Shown: positions 63,360-64,000 of the stretch, piece by piece
Position numbering within the stretch: position 1 is the stretch's first letter
Layout: each line of letters opens with the position of its first letter
Assembly (NCBI RefSeq): GCF_963921235.1
Contig: NC_086108.1
Location: 71,550,001 to 71,614,000 of the forward strand
Direction of reading: 5' to 3'
Source of the DNA: Mobula hypostoma
Taxonomy: Eukaryota
Length of the DNA stretch: 64,000 nucleotides
Position numbers and translations under genes: made by a program
Notes under the pieces: generated by a model
The model's database searches: none
Told to the model about the DNA's origin: nothing
The model's input: the letters and a program-made list of their open reading frames with translations, nothing else

Positions 63360-64000
63360 AATCACAAACATGAAAAAATCTGCAGATGCCAGAATTCCGA
63401 GGCAACACTCACAGAACGTTGGAGGAACTCAGCAGGCCAGGCAGCATCTATGGAAAGGAACAGTCGACACTTCAGGCCTAGAGACTTCATCAGGACTGGA
63501 AGAAAGATGATAAGTCAGAATAAGAAGGTGGTGGGAGTGAGGAAGAAGTACAAGGTGGTAGGTGAAACCAGAAGAGTGGGAGAGGGCATGAAGTAAAGAG
63601 CTGGGAAGTTGATTGGTGAAAAAGATAAAGGGCTGAAGAAGGGGAATCTGGAAGGAGAAGGTAAAAGACCAAAGGGAAGGGGGAGGAGCACCGGGGGGGG
63701 GCAGGTAAAGAGAAAGGTGAGAGAGGGAAACAGGAATGGGGAATGGTGAAGGTGCGGAGGTGGTAGAATTACCAGAAGTTTGAGAAATCGATATTCATGC
63801 CATCAGGTTGAATGATACCTGGACAGAATATAAGGTGTTTCTCCTCCAACCTGAGTGTGGCCTCATCGCAGCAGTAAAGGAGGCCATGGACTGACATGTC
63901 AGAATGGGAAGTAGAATTGAAATAGGTAGCTACTGGGAGATCCTGCTTTTTCTGGCTGACTGAGCGTAGGTGCTTGTTGAAGAGGTCTCCCAATCTATGC
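63360..64000 (-). mobile_element. Penelope-like element (GIY-YIG C-terminus plus pLTR), running off the window
   Basis: ORF 63769-63993 GDLFNKHLRSV..DLPVATYFNS..LEEKHLIF..PDGMNIDFSNF. Confidence 0.9.
63461..63498 (-). ncRNA. Hammerhead ribozyme motif, partly degenerate, in a Penelope pLTR
   Basis: Minus strand CAGTC-CTGATGA-AGTCTCTAGGCCT-GAAG-TGTC-GACTG. Confidence 0.65.

Overview
Repeat-dominated, AT-rich vertebrate genomic DNA. The mix of HER1-type CR1 LINEs, a SacSINE1-like SINE, Penelope and Rex1/Babar elements points to a cartilaginous fish, probably a ray or skate; this is inferred from repeat families only. I recognise no intact host protein-coding gene, so the window looks intergenic or intronic. 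Main contents: two near-full-length decayed CR1 LINEs, each with a tandem-monomer 5' end; many Rex1/Babar, RTE, L2 and Penelope fragments; four solo LTRs with target-site duplications (TSDs); hAT and Tigger DNA transposons; and four copies of a young ~660-bp non-autonomous retroelement. The most notable locus is at 46.1-49.5 kb, where a decayed Gypsy element (LTR remnant, PBS, gag, protease) runs co-directionally into an intronless, poly(A)-less RBM25 retrocopy in place of RT/IN, a candidate LTR-mediated mRNA capture. Ribozyme-like motifs are also present: minimal hammerheads in the Penelope pseudo-LTRs (pLTRs) and an HDV-order pseudoknot at the 5' end of a bipartite RTE derivative. All family names come from motif recognition by eye, not database searches, and boundaries of old repeats are approximate.
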